Shown here: positions 62,771 to 64,000 of the stretch, one piece after another
Layout: each line of letters begins with the position of its first letter
Numbering within the stretch: the stretch's first letter is position 1
From: Trichosphaerium sp. ATCC 40318
Lineage: Eukaryota > Protista > Tubulinea
Direction of reading: 5' to 3'
NCBI GenBank assembly: GCA_038496445.1
Contig: JALMLS010000057.1
Location: 113,281-177,280 of the forward strand
DNA length: 64,000 nucleotides
Notes under the pieces: generated by a model
What the model was told of the DNA's origin: nothing
Databases searched by the model: none
The model's input: only the letters and a program-made list of their open reading frames with translations
Position numbers and translations under genes: made by a program

Positions 62771-63540
62771 TTTTATATTTGCAAAAAACCATCGACACCT
62801 TAGGTACATAGGTTTTTCTAGCGAACAATATCCACATGCTATTATTAAAGGTGAAAAAACCAATGGTACAGGTTAAAGTGCGTTAATCCAAAAAGTAACG
62901 GAGAACGCGTTTTAGGTGGTTTGGAAAATCACTTAAACATAAATATCTCTTACTTATCTGTTTTAGGATGATTAAAGCATTGCAACAGCCTTATTACATC
63001 ATTAAAGAATGTATTTAAAGCATTAACTCCAAGTACATTGTTTTTAAAGCTTATTTCCACTTAATTTATCAAAAAACCCTACGCGTTCTTAATTTAGCGT
63101 TTACAAATGCATTAATTATTGTTCAGGCTCTCAAAACCAAATGCGATCAAATTACTTCTTTCGTTTATGAAGACACGATGTATTTAACTTGTACGTATTA
63201 TTTAGGATGTTTGTATTTTGTAATGATCAATAAATAAAATGACTTTGCATTAAATCTGAACCAAAGTATCGAATAATATTTTGTGTAATTTATAAAGTAT
63301 TTTTTATTGAAATCTACAAAAAATACATTAAGAAATGCTATAAAGAATACATAGAGAATTCTATATAAAATACATACGCAATTCCAAAAGTAATACTCTA
63401 AGAATTCTATGAGTAATACTTACGGAATTTCATATAAATTCAATGGGAATTAAGGAAGAGTTTTTCCGTCTACTTTTCCCATAGGAAAACAGGGTGGATT
63501 ACTTAAAAATTCCCATTTCTATTTTACTACTGTGTACGCA

Positions 63541-63819
63541 TACGTTCCGAGGTCGGAACTCATGTTTACATACATTGACTTTTTTGGATTACGTTCCGAG
63601 CTCGAAACGTACGTTTACATACGTTGACTTGTTTGGATATGTTCCGAGCTCGGAACGTATGTTTACATATGTTGACCTGTTCGGTTTACATTCCTAGCTC
63701 GGAATGTACGTTTACATACGTTGACTTGTTTGGATATGTTCCGAGCGCGGAACGTACGTTTACATATGTTGACTTGTTTGGATATGTTTCGAACTCGGAA
63801 CGTACGTTTACATACATTG
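63541..63819. repeat. Tandem array of six 48-49-bp units, each with a palindromic core GTTCCGAGCTCGGAAC
   Basis: Cores start at 63544, 63593, 63641, 63690, 63738 and 63786. Confidence 0.92.
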
Positions 63820-64000
63820 TTTTTATATTTAGTTGATATTTCTATTTTAACTTGTTTATTGTTGACTATGACTAACTTTTACACTAGTTCCAGAGCCCAA
63901 AGGTATTGGCTGGTTTATATTGGCAAATATAAATTCACACTTGAATTGGAAGAAAGCTATGGTTAGGGTTAGGGATTTAATTTGAACCATGCATTACCAC

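Noticed and set aside
63541-63819. CRISPR array
   Set aside because: The sequences between the palindromes are near-identical rather than unique spacers, no cas genes are present and the context is eukaryotic.
63494-63966. ORFs with repeated peptides (and 60950-61374)
   Set aside because: They are translations of tandem DNA repeats with no recognisable domain.
62702-64000. True chromosome telomere
   Set aside because: Only 2-4 degenerate hexamers per cluster, with unique sequence continuing afterwards.

Overview
Eukaryotic, gene-dense chromosome segment with many short introns (mostly 40-70 nt). It is probably from an amoebozoan-type protist; this is inferred from a Dictyostelium-like G-gamma, a FERM+LRR protein, HAP40, a TKL kinase and TTAGGG motifs. 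About 26 spliced protein genes fill positions 1-59.9 kb: a DUF3712-like membrane protein, TAF9, RasGAP, a MORN-variant protein, G-gamma, a degenerate inorganic pyrophosphatase, HAP40/F8A1, MOB1, FERM-LRR, RUN/Rubicon-homology, eIF2B-epsilon, a class IV aminotransferase, kinases, RING-H2, Rpn2/PSMD1, TPRA1-like, LRR-SAM, mL37/mL65-like, FHA-UBA, RapGAP and an OTU deubiquitinase. A small accessory island at 31.8-35.0 kb holds a tRNA-like relic, a 400-bp MITE with a 3-bp TSD, and a divergent kinase/pseudokinase pair. From about 59.9 kb the sequence is AT-rich, has no convincing genes, and consists of telomere-motif clusters in both orientations, satellites, hairpins and a palindromic tandem array. 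The most notable signals are a U12-type minor intron in the TKL kinase catalytic loop (apparently the Raf-family position), a probable mitochondrial pseudo-pyrophosphatase, an mL37/mL65-like protein outside animals, a macrodomain-kinase fusion, a C-at-+4 donor bias with several GC-AG introns, and the terminal repeat domain. All gene models were spliced by eye, no searches were run, and some ends are approximate.
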